This document shows, piece by piece, positions 24,919 to 37,969 of a stretch of 64,000 nucleotides of DNA. The stretch is from contig NC_134028.1 in NCBI RefSeq assembly GCF_964204645.1, forward strand, positions 10,896,213 to 10,960,212, written 5' to 3'. This DNA is from Tubulanus polymorphus (lineage: Eukaryota; Animalia; Nemertea). A program made the translations under genes and the position numbers. The notes under the pieces were generated by a model that searched no databases, had not been told where the DNA came from, and saw nothing but the letters and a program-made list of their open reading frames with translations. Position 1 is the first letter of the stretch, and each line of letters opens with the position of its first letter.

Positions 24919-25023
24919 CATCCTCGCTTGCCAGGGATCCGGTATCACTCCCGAACTCGCTTCCACCAGCTTCGGGAAACGCCTTTAGCGTAGTAGGTTC
25001 GAATCCCTTGACGGGTGAAGATG
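24919..25023 (+). mobile_element. CAT..ATG mini-element, short form (105 bp), 9-bp TSD
   Basis: TSD GACTGCGAA at 24910-24918 and 25024-25032. Confidence 0.88.
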
Positions 25024-25257
25024 GACTGCGAATGCAGTTGGCGCAGAATCGGACAGGCGACCAGTCTATATACCAAATTGAATGGGACAGGTAACCAGTC
25101 TAAAGCAGTTTAGACATTTAATTTGTAATTTCAGAATTTTTTCTTAAACGAGCAAGTCTTAAGTGCTGTTGCAAAATTTTATCCAGTCGATGATTCATTT
25201 AAGGTTTAATCTTATTTAAAAAAGCTACTTTATAGCCTCGCTTTCACACGCCGGCAA

Positions 25258-25263
25258 CACGTG
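25258..25263 (+). promoter_or_regulatory. E-box CACGTG just upstream of the eIF4E start codon
   Basis: CACGTG ~40 nt before ATG 25300; function inferred only. Confidence 0.3.
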
Positions 25264-25299
25264 ATTGTTAGCCATATTGAATAGGATTAAAAACGAAAC

Positions 25300-28200
25300 A
25301 TGATGGCTTGCGAGCAACTTCATGAAATAGAAGAATCGAAAACTGAGGTAATTTCACTGTGAGACGACTCGACGTCGCCATTTGTAGGCAAAATAAAGTC
25401 TTCTTGACGGTTATGAGGAGTGTCGACGTTGAGGAGTACAGCGACCCGGTGTATTTGATAAAGCTTTCTACATTCTTGGCCGTGTCCAGTATGTAATTAG
25501 TAATATAGTACGTCTAATGTCTATTTCAACCTGACTTGAGAGCATACAGGGTGGCCTAGCTCAGTCAGTTGTGGTGGTACATACCTGATTAAAGTCTTAT
25601 TAGGACCAGAATGCATTGGCAGTCGACCTAAATCATCATTTTTTAATCCATTTGAAACTGTATTGAAGGATATCCAAAAATCTGCATTGAGAGGGGTTCC
25701 TGAGCCTGAGGCTGAGTCGAGAGAAAACTGAAAAGAGACTCCAATATCCATGATTTGAAAGTTTAACAATATGTCTCCATGCCTACCAACTGAAATTTGA
25801 TATGTAGGCATGGAAACATATTGTTAAACTTTCAAATCATGGAGTCTCTTTTCTCTCGACTAAGCCTCCAGGCTCAGGAACCCCTCTCAATGCAGATTTT
25901 TGGATATCCTTCAATACAGTTTCAAATGGATTAAAAAATGATGATTTAGGTCGACTGCCCGTCCTTTCTAGTCCTATTAAGACCTTTATCAGGTATGTAC
26001 AACCAAAAATGAGTGAGCTAGGCCACCCGGAATGCTCTCAAGTCAGGTTGAAATAGACATTAGTAGGTCTGGTATGGTAGGAACCTTTGTTTTTGGCTGA
26101 TTCTGCCGTCAGTTGGAATTGACATCCCCTCTAGGGCTCTACTAAATACAACCGAACTGTCATTCATTAGGGGGCACAGCCCTATAGAAAGGCTAAAATT
26201 CAACAATTTTTTTTAATTTTGGGGAAATGTTTTGCTTCATCTTCATCATCCTCTAATAATACGACCATCCTCCCCCAGCAGGGATTCGAACCTTATGGCA
26301 TCGAGATTGCCACGGTATGAAACTCTGCTGCCACACTAAACCGAGTGCGCAGCTTAGTTAGATATGTCATTATCATCCGCCAATCAGATATCCCATTTTA
26401 TTTCGGCATGGTTTTCCCATTTATAGTTCTTCGTGAAATTTACCTCGGCAATCATAGGCCTACAACCGAGCAATCTGAATCGGTCATCCTTATTACCGAG
26501 ATGACGTATTTTACCGAGATGAACCAAGATCAACCGAGATGAAATTAAATATAACATATTTATTTATTCCTTATCGATTTTAACACTTGAAATCATATTA
26601 CATCAGTAATAAATGCCTGCTGGAGTTATATTTTACATATTTTGTCGGATATTTTTGTAGAAAAATAACTTTTAACTTAACCGAGATGAGATCGTCGATC
26701 AATCAAATTCAATGAAATTTTATTGCTAACCAAGTTTACGTATTTGAAGTCAAAATTTTTTTAAATAAAGAAATATGTGAAATATGACTCTAGAAGGTAT
26801 TTATTACTGATATAACATGATTTCAAGTGTTAAAATCGATAAGGAATAAATAAATATGTTATATTTAATTCCATCTCGGTAAAATACGAATATAATATAG
26901 GCCTATCAATAGGGAAACTATTATTCTGAATTTTCCCAAAGTTCGATTGAAATCGGATGACAATTCCCACAGATATATATAAGTTTCTTTTCTGCTTTCT
27001 ATTGTTTCTTAACCAAGAAATTGATCATTTGGTCACCATTTTGACCTTATGACCTTTAGTTCATTTCCTAATGAAGACTAAATGGCTGCGAAGTGCGATT
27101 TTCAGCCGACAAATTCCATCATAACTTTTGAACGGCTTGACCGATTTTAGTTCTGTAAATTGCTATCATCTTATTTTAAACCCTTCTTTCATTTTAGCCC
27201 ACTTGGGACTTAAGTCCCAGCGGGCTATTGCGTTCACTTTTCGTCCGTCCGTCCGTAGATGGAATCCAGTTATTTTGGGAAGTTTTGAAGACGCTTCAAT
27301 GTAATGTCTTGATATTTGGGTTACACTTGTATCTACCCTAGACACATCTTCAGCCCAAAAACTGGCCCTGTCAGAATCAAGATGGCCGACTGGCAGCCAT
27401 TGTTGTTCACCAAAATCAGCACTTTTTACACATTTTTGAAGTTTTTGAGGGAAATTTTGAAGACGCTTTGATTAATTACCTTGATCTTTTGTATATATTT
27501 GATCCCCCAAGGGCCCATCAGCATGAGAAAAATTGGGTCAATCGGACTCGAGATGGTCGTCCTATGACCTTTTTATTGCCCAAAAATGTCAATTTTGGCC
27601 GGAATTCTGGGTCCTGTAGCTTGCTACTGGTTTGCCATTTCTCTTTGCAATTTGTGATGGGTATTCTTTGGAAAGGGATGTTTTATACCTGAGACAGGTA
27701 TTTTTGATCAGCCAATTATGACACAATTGGCGGCCATCTTGGTGTCATCAGCACTCATTGGTAGGTGGGAAAAAGTTTTTCCACATTATATTGATACCTA
27801 AGCATACTGTGTCACTACAATCAATTGGAAAGTTGTAGCCCATAACGTGTTCTATGATTTTGGTGAATTTCAAGGTCATTGGTTTTTTGGATATGGCCAC
27901 CAGGGGGCGTTGAATAATACAATAACTTAGTGTTTCTATTTTATATTTGTACCCATGCATATTTTGTTACCACAATCAATTGCAAAGTTGTAGCTCATGA
28001 CATCGTCTTTGATTGTGGTGAGTTTTGAGGACATTAGTTATTCTATATGGTCACCAGGTTGAATAGTAGAATAACTTAGTATTTCCTTATTAGATTGGTA
28101 CCTAGGCATATTTTGTTATCATGATCAATTGCATGTTATCATGATCAATTGCAAAGTTGTAGTTCATGACATGTTCTATGAATGTGGTGAGTTTCAAGAT

Positions 28201-31200
28201 CATTGGGTTTTGGATGTCACCAGGGGGCGTTGAATAGTAAAGTAACTTAGTATTTCCATATTAAATTGGTAACGAGGCATATTTTGTTATCACAATCAAT
28301 AACAAAATCGTAGCTGCTGACATGTTCTATGATTGTGGTGGGTTTCAAGGTCATTGGTTTTTTTATATAGTCACCAGGGGTGTTGAATATTAAAATTGTT
28401 AGATTGTTCAGCATTTGAAACCACTTCCCAAGTGGGCATGGTGTCCCTGGACCCCTAGTTTAAATTGTTTCTATAGTGTTTTTGAAAATTTTCACTTGAA
28501 AACCCTAACCTTGTTGACTTTGGAATTATATTTTTAGCCCACTTGGAACTTTAGTCCCAGCGGGCTATTGCGTTCACTTTTCATCCATCTGTCCATCCGT
28601 CCGTTCGTCTGTAAACGGAATCAAGTTATTTATGGAAGTTTTGAAAACGCTTCAATGTAATGTCTTTATATTTGTGTTACAACTTCCCTAGACACATCTT
28701 CAGCCCAAAAACTGAAGCCCAGAACAGATACTATTCAAATGTTTTGAGTCAGTACGATCATCAACCAATGAATGCAGCATGAATTCATAATCCAAAATAG
28801 ATTCAGCTCTGAATCAATAATTAGCCTAACTTCCATTTGAGTATAGAACAGTCAGTTTAAGGTGAGTTGATGGTGTTTTAAAGGGGCTGAAATAGATGCT
28901 CAAAGCCTCGACGAAAATTTGCCTTATGCAGTTTCACCACATTGTTTGAGGAACCTGGACCCCTAGTTAGCATTCCTCTGACTGACTTTGCTGCTCTATT
29001 TTCAGGGCGAAGCTGAAGATTCTTCTTCCTCTGCCTGTGCTGTTATGGACCCTGAGTTTTTGATGAAACATCCGTTACAACACAAATGGGCTTTATGGTT
29101 TTTCAAGAACGACAGAACTAAAGATTGGACGTCTAATTTAAAACTCATAACTAGTTTCGATACAGTTGAAGATTTTTGGGGGTGTGTAGGCCCTATTCGT
29201 TTAACAATGCAAACATTCAAATCAAACTTTACTATGATATTTCATGTAAGTTTTTTTTTTTTTAATTGAAGACTCATTTCAATTTTAGATTATTTAACCA
29301 TGTTCAACCTGCTAGCAAACTGCCGTCTGGATGTGATTATTCATTGTTCAAGGTAATATCTCCAATCCCAACTGCCTCTCAGTTCTCTTACTTTCCTCTC
29401 CCATTTACTCTCACCCTCACCTTTTCCGTTTTAATGGGCTTGCTTACAAGGCGATTATTGCTATAACTAGCTTGACTTTTTAGCTTGGAAACATTGAAGT
29501 TACAGACTTCATAGGTGCTCAAAGTTTCACAAATTTTATTCAGTTATATTAGCAAGCTCCCTTCCATTCATTGGTAGCTTTTTGTGGTATAATTAGAATG
29601 AAATCAGACTTTTTTAGTTTACCTTTGTCAGCAGTATGAGGTTGGCTTTGAGCCAATTCATGTAAAATCGCGGTACGTTTTTTTATGTGAGCCTTTTTTC
29701 ATTGGTTCTCTGGTTAAACAACGTATAATGGATGCGATTGAAGACATGACGAACCTCCATCGATGGCATGGTCAACTTTGTTTAAATTCAAAGAAAAACT
29801 GATTTTGGCGGGAAAATTCTTAGCTCTTGCGTATAAAATTGCAATGAACTCGATTGGGGGCGTCGTCGGCGCTATTGCACTTTCGTACCCCTCTCCCAAA
29901 AATTTTTATTTCAGCATACTTATTAACAGGGAGGTTTAGGGATTCAAAATCAGTGACTTTAGACCCAAAAAGCTTACTTTTTCTAGGTTAAAATTTGTTA
30001 TTTTGGGCCCTTAATCGCGTGTAAATTCGCCGATTCGCGACGTCAACAATGCCATATTGGATGTCAATCAAAGTTCTAACCCTCCACTGAAATGTCATGA
30101 CATAAAAACTTAGCAAAAACCATGTTTTCAAACATAACCATCTCTGAAAATGACGCGTATGTTTGCATTATTTTCATACTTAGCTATTGATTTAAAGATG
30201 TTCTGATGAAGAAAAGTTATATGCCGAAAAACGAAATTTTGTCAATTCAATTAAATTTATTGACATATATTTATTCAGATGTTTTTAGGTGGTAATTAGT
30301 GCGGAAACATGGCTGACCCGTCGGTTTGAATCGAGGAAATCAGCCCCAAATTATCAGAATTTTGGCTTGGAAAAAAAAAAATTTTTGTCAAAAGTAATTT
30401 ATTTTGGCTCTACAAACCTCCCTGATTAATAATATACAGAAATAGAAATTTTTGGGAGGGGGTACGAAAGTGCTATAGCGCCACCGCGTCTCTACAAGTG
30501 AATGTGATAGGCTGTTTTTGGGAATACGCGGAAGTCGGTGTTACTAAAATAATTATGGGAAAGCCATTAATGGCGAACGTTTCATTGGACTTGGTGTCGT
30601 AATGTGCGAATTTTAAAATGCTCATTGCTGGTGAGAATATAATTATTTCACATATCACCATAGGTATTGTTTCATTTTATTACCCGGTGATTGTGTTGAT
30701 TGAGATTGAAGTGAAGCGAACGCTCACTACACCAGGCCTCCACGTGCGCGGGAGTGCTAAACATTAGACTGTTGCACACGCAAACACACGCTCATACAGA
30801 CTACTATATGGTGATGCTGTAACATGCTTGGCGTGTGCACGTTTGGTATGATAACAGGCTGAACAATCGTCGTAGCAGAAGATGAGCGCTGTGTTTTCTG
30901 TTTGATAGAATTTGTAATGAATAGTAATTTCTTGTGACCTGAAAATACTAAGCAGCAAACTATAGGTATAGGTCGAGGTCTGAATATTGTAGTGGTAAAT
31001 TCCAGGATTTAAATCGATCTAATACTACGCTCCGGTGTTTTAGCTTCTGCGGCCATACATTGGAAGAGGTTTCGTTTCCAAGACTCAATATTCAGCAACC
31101 CGCTGATATGTGACATCATATGAATTTTAGGCCAAAAAAAAAAGATGTCTTGTTTCTCATGATTTTGAAGTCCCGCCCGCATTTGAAAAATCATCGGCAA

Positions 31201-34200
31201 ATTAGCGATGAAAATAAAGTCCGCCCTCCCGCATCATAGCTCGAAAATAAATTTGTTTTTAATAAAAATTAAAATCCGCCCGCCCGCATTGATATAATAC
31301 GCATATCGTCATCTTTTTATCATTTTATTTCTCTATGAACGTATCGAGAAAAGTTGATCGTATAAATATCATCGGCACCACACTGGTGACTCGAACCCAT
31401 ATCAACGGAATCGGTTACCGTAGGCCTAAATGTCAAATGCCAAGGTCGCTGTGGAGCTTGATTTCTGGCGTGATTCTTATTTCGAAGCGATTTCTCTTGG
31501 TAAAATGTGGTGCTAATAGCGTCCAAGATGTTGCTATCTGTTCAAATAATATTCCAAAAGAAGCCAATACTACGTAGGCCAATTCTACAAGTATCTCCAG
31601 ATTCAACAGTGATGGAACTTTTCGAAAATGCGTTGGCCGGTTGAGGTGTTGCAATGAATTTTCAGGATTCACCAATCATTTTCAGGATAAAGCAGTGATT
31701 TTCCAGTTAAATAAAAATAAACAAGAAAATTAACTTTAATAAATTATTTGACGCCTGCAGAAAAATGTAGAATTTCTGGTATAAGCTAATGTGGAATTGC
31801 AAATTTGTAAAAGAAGTTTTAAGAAATTTCGGGAATTATGAGATTTGGCGATTGGGTAGATGATACAGTCTTCGACTGGTCTAATCAAAAAAAAAAATTG
31901 TCAACTTGTGACTTCGATTCACTTTTGCATCTAAGCTGGTCTGCAACTTCATTGCCTCCATGGTTGAAGAAAGAGCTCTTCTGATGTCTGCTTCATCATG
32001 ACTTCGAGCATATCGTGTAGCCAGCCAGCCCGGTCCTGGGGCCCGGTCTGGCTGTCACTTGATATCCTAGACTTGAGTCTGGGTTGAAGTAGACATTGTC
32101 ATATAATTAACTTATTCATGTTATTCTGTATGAATTACCCGTGTGTCTTGTATTTTCTTATTTTAAAATTTGTAAATGTATTGATTTTTGGAATTTTATC
32201 CCGGAATTTCAATGTAATAAGGATCAATAAAGTATTGAATTTAATTGTCACCTTATACACATGCCATCAGTGGACGCGGAGCCGTATATGACAGCTATGC
32301 TATTATAAATTGCTAATCTCATGAAACCTGCATACGTCTAATATCTAACATATTTTCTAAAACATTTGAATATTGAAATTATATAATTACACGTTTTCTC
32401 TTACACGTAAGGCTCTTTTGCTTGCCAAATGAGGGCATATTCGAACAAATCACGTATTTAAGCGTAATCCATTCTCGGAATCGTAGCGAGCAGAATTTTG
32501 AAATAGGGTCTCATAAAAATGTTTTCTGCATTTTTCACGAAAGTTAAATCGGGAAAATTTCAATTTTTATCAGCCAATCAGGAAGTTGTGTCTTCCCTGT
32601 GATTGGTTTATCTGAAAATATCAGCAGCTGTTCACGTGAATTATCGCGATTTCATTACTGGCGCTTTTGCGCATGACGCCATGTATCAACACGCGACAAT
32701 ACTTCCGCATTCGCTACGTGTTCGCTGATTGGCCCATGTACTGGGAAATTCCACAGAAGCCTAATGTGGTTTGTTACAAGCGCTGTGATTGGCCCGACCC
32801 GATTCTGGCATGGCTTTAGCTTAGTGGTTTCGAATCCCTTGACGCGTGAAGATGATGGATCCTATCAATATCTATTGAAACAAATAAGTTTCCCGGTTGG
32901 GCAGCCGCGGATATCTACCGGAAGTGTTCCGGTTCGATATTTCGAGGTTTCTTTGAATTTTGGAGTGATATTGAAATCCGGTAAATACCAGCGGTAGATT
33001 GTGAAAACCCATTGCATGATATTTGTATTACTTAATCCACGAAAAGCGTCGGGGCCGCGCCAGGAGTTTTCGTGATTCAAGTAGCGCAATAGCCTACTTC
33101 TTCGTGTTCGTCCACCTCAATTTTCATTCCGCCGATCTCTGACACAGCTCTGTCCCCGTCGGCGCTGTGATTGCACTTTCGTACCACCAAAATTTTTTAT
33201 TTCTATATCAGGGAGGTCTGGAGAATAAAAAAGTCAAAATTTGGATATCACATAGGCCTGATTTCATCGAATAAGTCGACCATGGTCGTTACGTTTCCAT
33301 ACTTATTACCACCTAAAACCGTCTGAACAATTTTGTCACAACCAACATTTCGTTTACAGAAATCAGGTGTTCACGTGAACCCGCGGTATCGTCTACTGTT
33401 TTACTTCCGGGTTTTATTTTAAGATTTAAAATTGTATTTCAAGATCGATTTCTATGAAATCTTTAGTTGATTAGGTGTTTGGGAGGAATTTTTATTTGCT
33501 CTACAGAAAATTCATCCTTGACAATTGCGCAAGGTTCGCGAAAAAAATGGTTTTACCAAATCGGGTGTATGACCTTGATATGCTAATTAGCCATGTGCCC
33601 ATATTGCAAATTCAATCAAATTTTATTCTGCCAAAAAAATGTTAAATACAATTCGCTTTCCGAGAGTTAATGGTATGCTGCATGGAACAAAGTTGTTTTG
33701 AGATGGGTCTTGAAGCTATTGAGGTCGAGAGATAACCATCTAGATAGTTCGTGAGAGTTCCAAAGTTTTGAAGAGGCTTTAAGGTAATGTCTTGATATTT
33801 GGTTTATACGTGTATCTACCCTAGACACATCTTCAGGCCAAAAACTGGCCCTATCAGATTCAAGATGGCCGACTGGCAGCCATTGTTGTTCGCCAAAATC
33901 AGCACTTACACATTTTTGAAGTTTTCGACGGAAATTTTGAAGACACTTTTATCAATAACCTTGATAATTTGTATATATTTGTTTCCCCCGTGGGCCCATG
34001 GGCATGTGAAAAATTGGGTCGATCGGACTCAAGATGGCCGTACTGTGACCTTTTTTGTTCCCAAAAATGTCAATTTTGGCCTGAATTCTGAGTACTGTAG
34101 CTTTCTAATGGTGTGCCATGTTTCATTGCAATTTGTAATAGGTATTCTTTGGAAAGGGATCTTTTATATCCGAGAGGGTATTTTTGACCAGGCAATTACG

Positions 34201-36929
34201 ACGCACTTGGCGGCCATCTTGGAGTCATCAGTACTCATTCGTAGGTGGAAAAAAGTTTTTCCACATCATAATTGATACTTAAGCATATTTTGCTACTATA
34301 ATCAATTGGAAAGTTGTAGCTCATGACGTTCTATGATCGAGGTGAGTTTCAAGCTCATTGGTTTTTGTTTATGGCCACCAGGGGGCGTTGAACAATACAA
34401 TAACTTAGTATTTCTATATTACATTCGTACCTATGCATATTTTGCTACCACAATCAATTGGAAAGTTGTAGCTCATGACATGGTCTATGATCTTGGTGAG
34501 TTTCAAGCTCATTGGTTTTTGTATATGGCCACCAGGGGGCGTTGCACAATACAATAACTTAGTATTTCTATATTGCATTCGTTCCTGTTGTCTGTGTTAA
34601 CACACGATTTTACTATGTAAATGATATTGAGCAGGGAGTGTATATTGATAAATATAACACACAGATTACATCATTTATAAAAAGCAAATCTGACAGGCTG
34701 GCCATTGTGCCCCTTGGGGCTCTTGTATAGACCGCTTGTAGCCGCCGATGAAATTCACGCCGGCCCAACTCAGATCGTAGATAGCTTCGTCATTCCACTA
34801 GCATCCCCATGTCAGTGTCTGACTTTTATATCAGACTTCCAAATCGTGTATACATCCGCCATTTAACCGAATAATCCGATTTACTTATCATTTCTATTTA
34901 TCCCTGCCGCCCCTGATATAATCATACATCCTTTACTATTACAATACGTCTTCTCATGATATTCAATACGATATAACATTTCGACGTTCAAATAGAGGTC
35001 ATTATATAATCCCAGGGAGCCATTCTACATCTTTATCAATAATATTTTGCCAAATAGCTTGTATGTGTACACATAAACCTGTGACGTTTTGCACATCGAT
35101 TTACGGTTGTCGTTTGTAAAATGACGCTGAATGGTTATCATTGTTTAGGTTTCATAATGGTAACGTTTTATAAGGCGTCAAAAAACTACCTCCCGCATCT
35201 GAAGAAAATATGTCAGAGGGATATTTTTATTGATATGATAAAAATAAAAAGACACCTCCCGCATCTCAAAAACAAATTCAAACAGTTCTTTTTATTTCTA
35301 CTTTTTTTTTTTTAAAGTACATAAAAAAAAAAACCGCCCGCCCTCGTCATGGTAAAAAACAAAAGTGTGATGAGAAACAAGGCATCTTTTTTTTGGCCTT
35401 ATTTGAATATTTTTTCATATTGTGAAACTATATACTTACTCACTATATAGTTTATATCTTTATTCAGGATGGAATTGAACCGAAATGGGAAGATGAACAG
35501 AATAAAAGAGGTGGACGATGGTTGATTAATCTGGACAAAAAGGAACGACACTCATGTTTAGACGATTTCTGGTTAGAAACAGTAAGTACAGATAGCTACT
35601 AATGGGTGAACTGAAAGGATTAAAAAAATATATTTCGTAATTGGTTTTCCGCCCATGTGGGACATTATTGTATATGGTTACCAGGGGTCGTTGAATAGTA
35701 GAATAACTTAGTATTTCCTTATTAGATTGGTACCTAGGCATATTTTGTGACCACGATCAATTGCAAAGTTGTAGTTCATGACATGTTCTATGATTGTGGT
35801 GAGTTTCAAGGTCATTGGGTTTTGCATATGGTCACCAGGGGGACGGTGTTAAACAGTAGAATAACTTAGTATTCCCATATTAAATTGGTAACGAGGCATA
35901 TTTTGTTATCACAATCAATTACAAAGTTGTAGCTGCTGACATGTTCTATGATTGTGGCGTGTTTGAAGATCATTGGTTTTTGTTAGTGGTCACCAGGGGG
36001 CGTTGACTATTGAAATTCTTTGATTGGGGAGTTTGAAACCACTTCCCAAGTGGGCATGGTGTCCGTGGACCCCTAGTTCTTAATGGTGGGCAAAGTTGAA
36101 AGATTTTTTTTAGAAATATACCAAAAAGTTTCGAAAATTCAATTCATTTGAGCACTTTTTTTATGCAGCAACTGTCCAAAATCACACATGTGAAAATTCA
36201 ATGCTATTTGTGTCGGAAGAACGTATATCGCCAAAATTCGATGCTTTGTTCGGTAGTTATGGGCTTTCAAAAGACGAAATGGCAATTTGTAAATTAAAGC
36301 GTTATGGGAATCTGTAGCAGTTCACACGTTATGATTTTACCTGTGCTAATATTTGGCTCAGCCTGGAACAATGTTTTTGGTGGGCCAGACAGGCATGGGT
36401 ACATTTGGCACCCGTATGAACAGTTGTTTCCGAATGCCCTCTGACTACTCGAGAGGTTGGTGTCCTTTGCAGAAACATTTTTGACTTATTGATTGATTCT
36501 TTTATGCTTCTAGTTATTATGCTTAATTGGTGAAGCATTTGAAAGTCATAGTGACCAGATTTGTGGTGCTGTTGTGAACATTAGAAATAAAGGTGACAAA
36601 CTCGGACTGTGGACTCATGATGCAACTAAAAACGCTGCCACACTTGATATAGGGTACGCATCATAAATCTAAAATTCTATGGTTTAAGTGTTGAAGGGTT
36701 CATTGTTACTCACTATTGTATTCCACTTTTTTTTTCAGGAAAAAATTAAAAGAACGATTAAATATTCCTAATAAATTACCGATAGGCTATCAGGTACATG
36801 TGATGTTGTCATTCATACTAAACCTTATTTGATCAACAAGAATACTGGTAATTTTATTTTATTTTACAGGCACACACGGATACAATGTCTAAGTCAGGAT
36901 CTACGACTAAAAATAGATTTACAGTATAA
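25300..36929 (+). CDS. EIF4E: Eukaryotic translation initiation factor 4E, class I (218 aa, 7 coding exons)
   Basis: Exons 25300-25347, 29006-29181, 29289-29352, 35468-35581, 36514-36653, 36739-36793, 36870-36929; all GT-AG, phases consistent, 657 nt. Motifs HPLQHKWALWFF, DWTSNL, FDTVEDFWG, GCDYSLFK, IEPKWED, GGRW, LIGEAF, CGAVVNIR, TTKNRFTV. Exon 1 is the least certain. Confidence 0.95.
25514..26063. mobile_element. Foldback MITE with ~240-bp arms in eIF4E intron 1
   Basis: CTAATGTCTATTTCAACCTGACTTGAGAGCAT.. is inverted to ..ATGCTCTCAAGTCAGGTTGAAATAGACATTAG; arms pair over most of their length. Confidence 0.85.
26269..26352 (-). mobile_element. tRNA-derived SINE head or tRNA pseudogene
   Basis: Minus strand GCGCACTCGGTTTAG..GGTTCGAATCCCTGCTGGGGG (A-box-like and B-box); no clean cloverleaf. 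Confidence 0.5.
26505..26888. mobile_element. AT-rich foldback MITE
   Basis: Arms ~26533-26643 and 26771-26880 are reverse complements; outer CGTATTTTACCGAGAT / ATCTCGGTAAAATACG. Confidence 0.8.
27192..28460 (+). mobile_element. Helentron-associated non-autonomous element (HINE/DINE-like), family 1, full length
   Basis: 5' TTTAGCCCACTTGGGAC hairpin, (CCGT)n, ~154-bp core tandem repeats, 3' subTIR TCCCAAGTGGGC, short hairpin GGTGTCC-CT-GGACCCC, TAGTT end. Confidence 0.82.
28531..28968 (+). mobile_element. HINE family 1, internally rearranged copy
   Basis: Family-1 5' end at 28531-28712 and 3' CCTGGACCCCTAGTT at 28954-28968. Confidence 0.7.
29864..30486. mobile_element. MITE with ~70-bp TIRs in eIF4E intron 3
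   Basis: GGCGCTATTGCACTTTCGTACCCC..CAGGGAGGTTT inverted at ~30414-30482; another left end at ~33156. Confidence 0.75.
32645..32854 (+). mobile_element. Partial long-form CAT..ATG element
   Basis: Homologous to ~22112-22366, including the GAATCCCTTGACGCGTGAAGATG end. Confidence 0.8.
33763..34585 (+). mobile_element. HINE family 1 internal fragment
   Basis: Homologous to ~27280-27950, including core repeats. Confidence 0.8.
35660..36078 (+). mobile_element. HINE family 1, 3' part (eIF4E intron 4)
   Basis: Core repeats plus CACTTCCCAAGTGGGCATGGTGTCCGTGGACCCCTAGTT. Confidence 0.8.
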
Positions 36930-37969
36930 CACAGGTGCAATAATAGTTCTTACCTGTGAAACACCGTTACGATATAAACCACAGGAGCAATATGGACCCT
37001 GTGAAGCCATGAAATATTGAACTGTTCTCATAAACTTTATAAAAGGACAATATATACATAGATGTATAGACGAGTTGTCGCAGACTGAAGGATAATTTAT
37101 CCATGTGATAAGTCAAAGCCTTCATCCCATTTCCTTCCAAACCAATTTTTCTTAGCTTAAGTCTAATTTAGTTAATTTTGAAAGAAGTAGAATTGATGAA
37201 GGCATGGGTGAAATCGTTTGTGTGCTTCAATCCGTAGTGAATGGAGACAAATGAGGGGTTATTTTTGTGTTCAGTCCACAAGTAGAAGCAGCAGTCATTG
37301 TGGATTTTATGTATTATTAATGCTTCAATTACTAGGTATCAATGATTTTGTGTACCTAGGCTACAGCATTCAGCAACTTCCCACAGCTAGGCAACAGCAA
37401 TCACACTTAACTTTTGTTTACAAGCTGTTTGCACAGTTGAACCTTGTTGGAATAAATTTGGGTCTGTCTCAGAAGTGTCCTTAACATCTCTGCATCTTTG
37501 TTATTTCAATCCGTAAAACTCGATTATAGCTTTTCAGAAAAAATGGGCCAGAATTTTTCATTTCAATTCATGCTCAAATAAAAATCTGTTGAGTTCCTGG
37601 GAATTGCTTAACCTCGGAATATCACGGATCATTGTTTAGAGCAAGGCAAGAGAAAAGTTTCTTAGGACTATATGAGAAATTCTCAACAACTACGCAGTGA
37701 GATGTAAAAACTGACTATATACTTCAGACTGAATTTTCCAAATGATTTCCCGGAGATTGGAGGTATTTAGTATGTTCTAATATCTGTAATGTTACTATGT
37801 GTATTGACTTATTGTATGTCTAGCTTTTTGGTTGGCTATGCTTAATGCACTATTGAGTACCAACACTTTCGTCGAAATGTGAATAGCATGATGAAATTTA
37901 ACATCAGGCACCAAAGGGTAAAAGGGGACTTAAAAAAGATACCTTGTCCAAAATCGACCTACCCACCTG

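Larger units (their letters stand above)
31130..35398 (+). mobile_element. Zator-like non-autonomous element with nested insertions (eIF4E intron 3)
   Basis: TTA TSD (31127-31129, 35399-35401); TIR GGCCAAAAAAAAAAGATGTCTTGTTTCTCA / TGAGAAACAAGGCATCTTTTTTTTGGCC; subterminal CCGCCC motifs. GG..CC ends with a TWA TSD match Zator. Confidence 0.75.

Noticed and set aside
21990-25102. Single 3.1-kb element between TAGACTGG ends
   Set aside because: Flanks TTCCTATAG and AAGCAGTTT do not form a TSD, so the end pairing is unresolved.
33799-34557. Short ORFs in HINE copies and other ORF-track entries under ~130 aa
   Set aside because: Fall in non-coding repeats or antisense to real ORFs; frames not conserved between copies.
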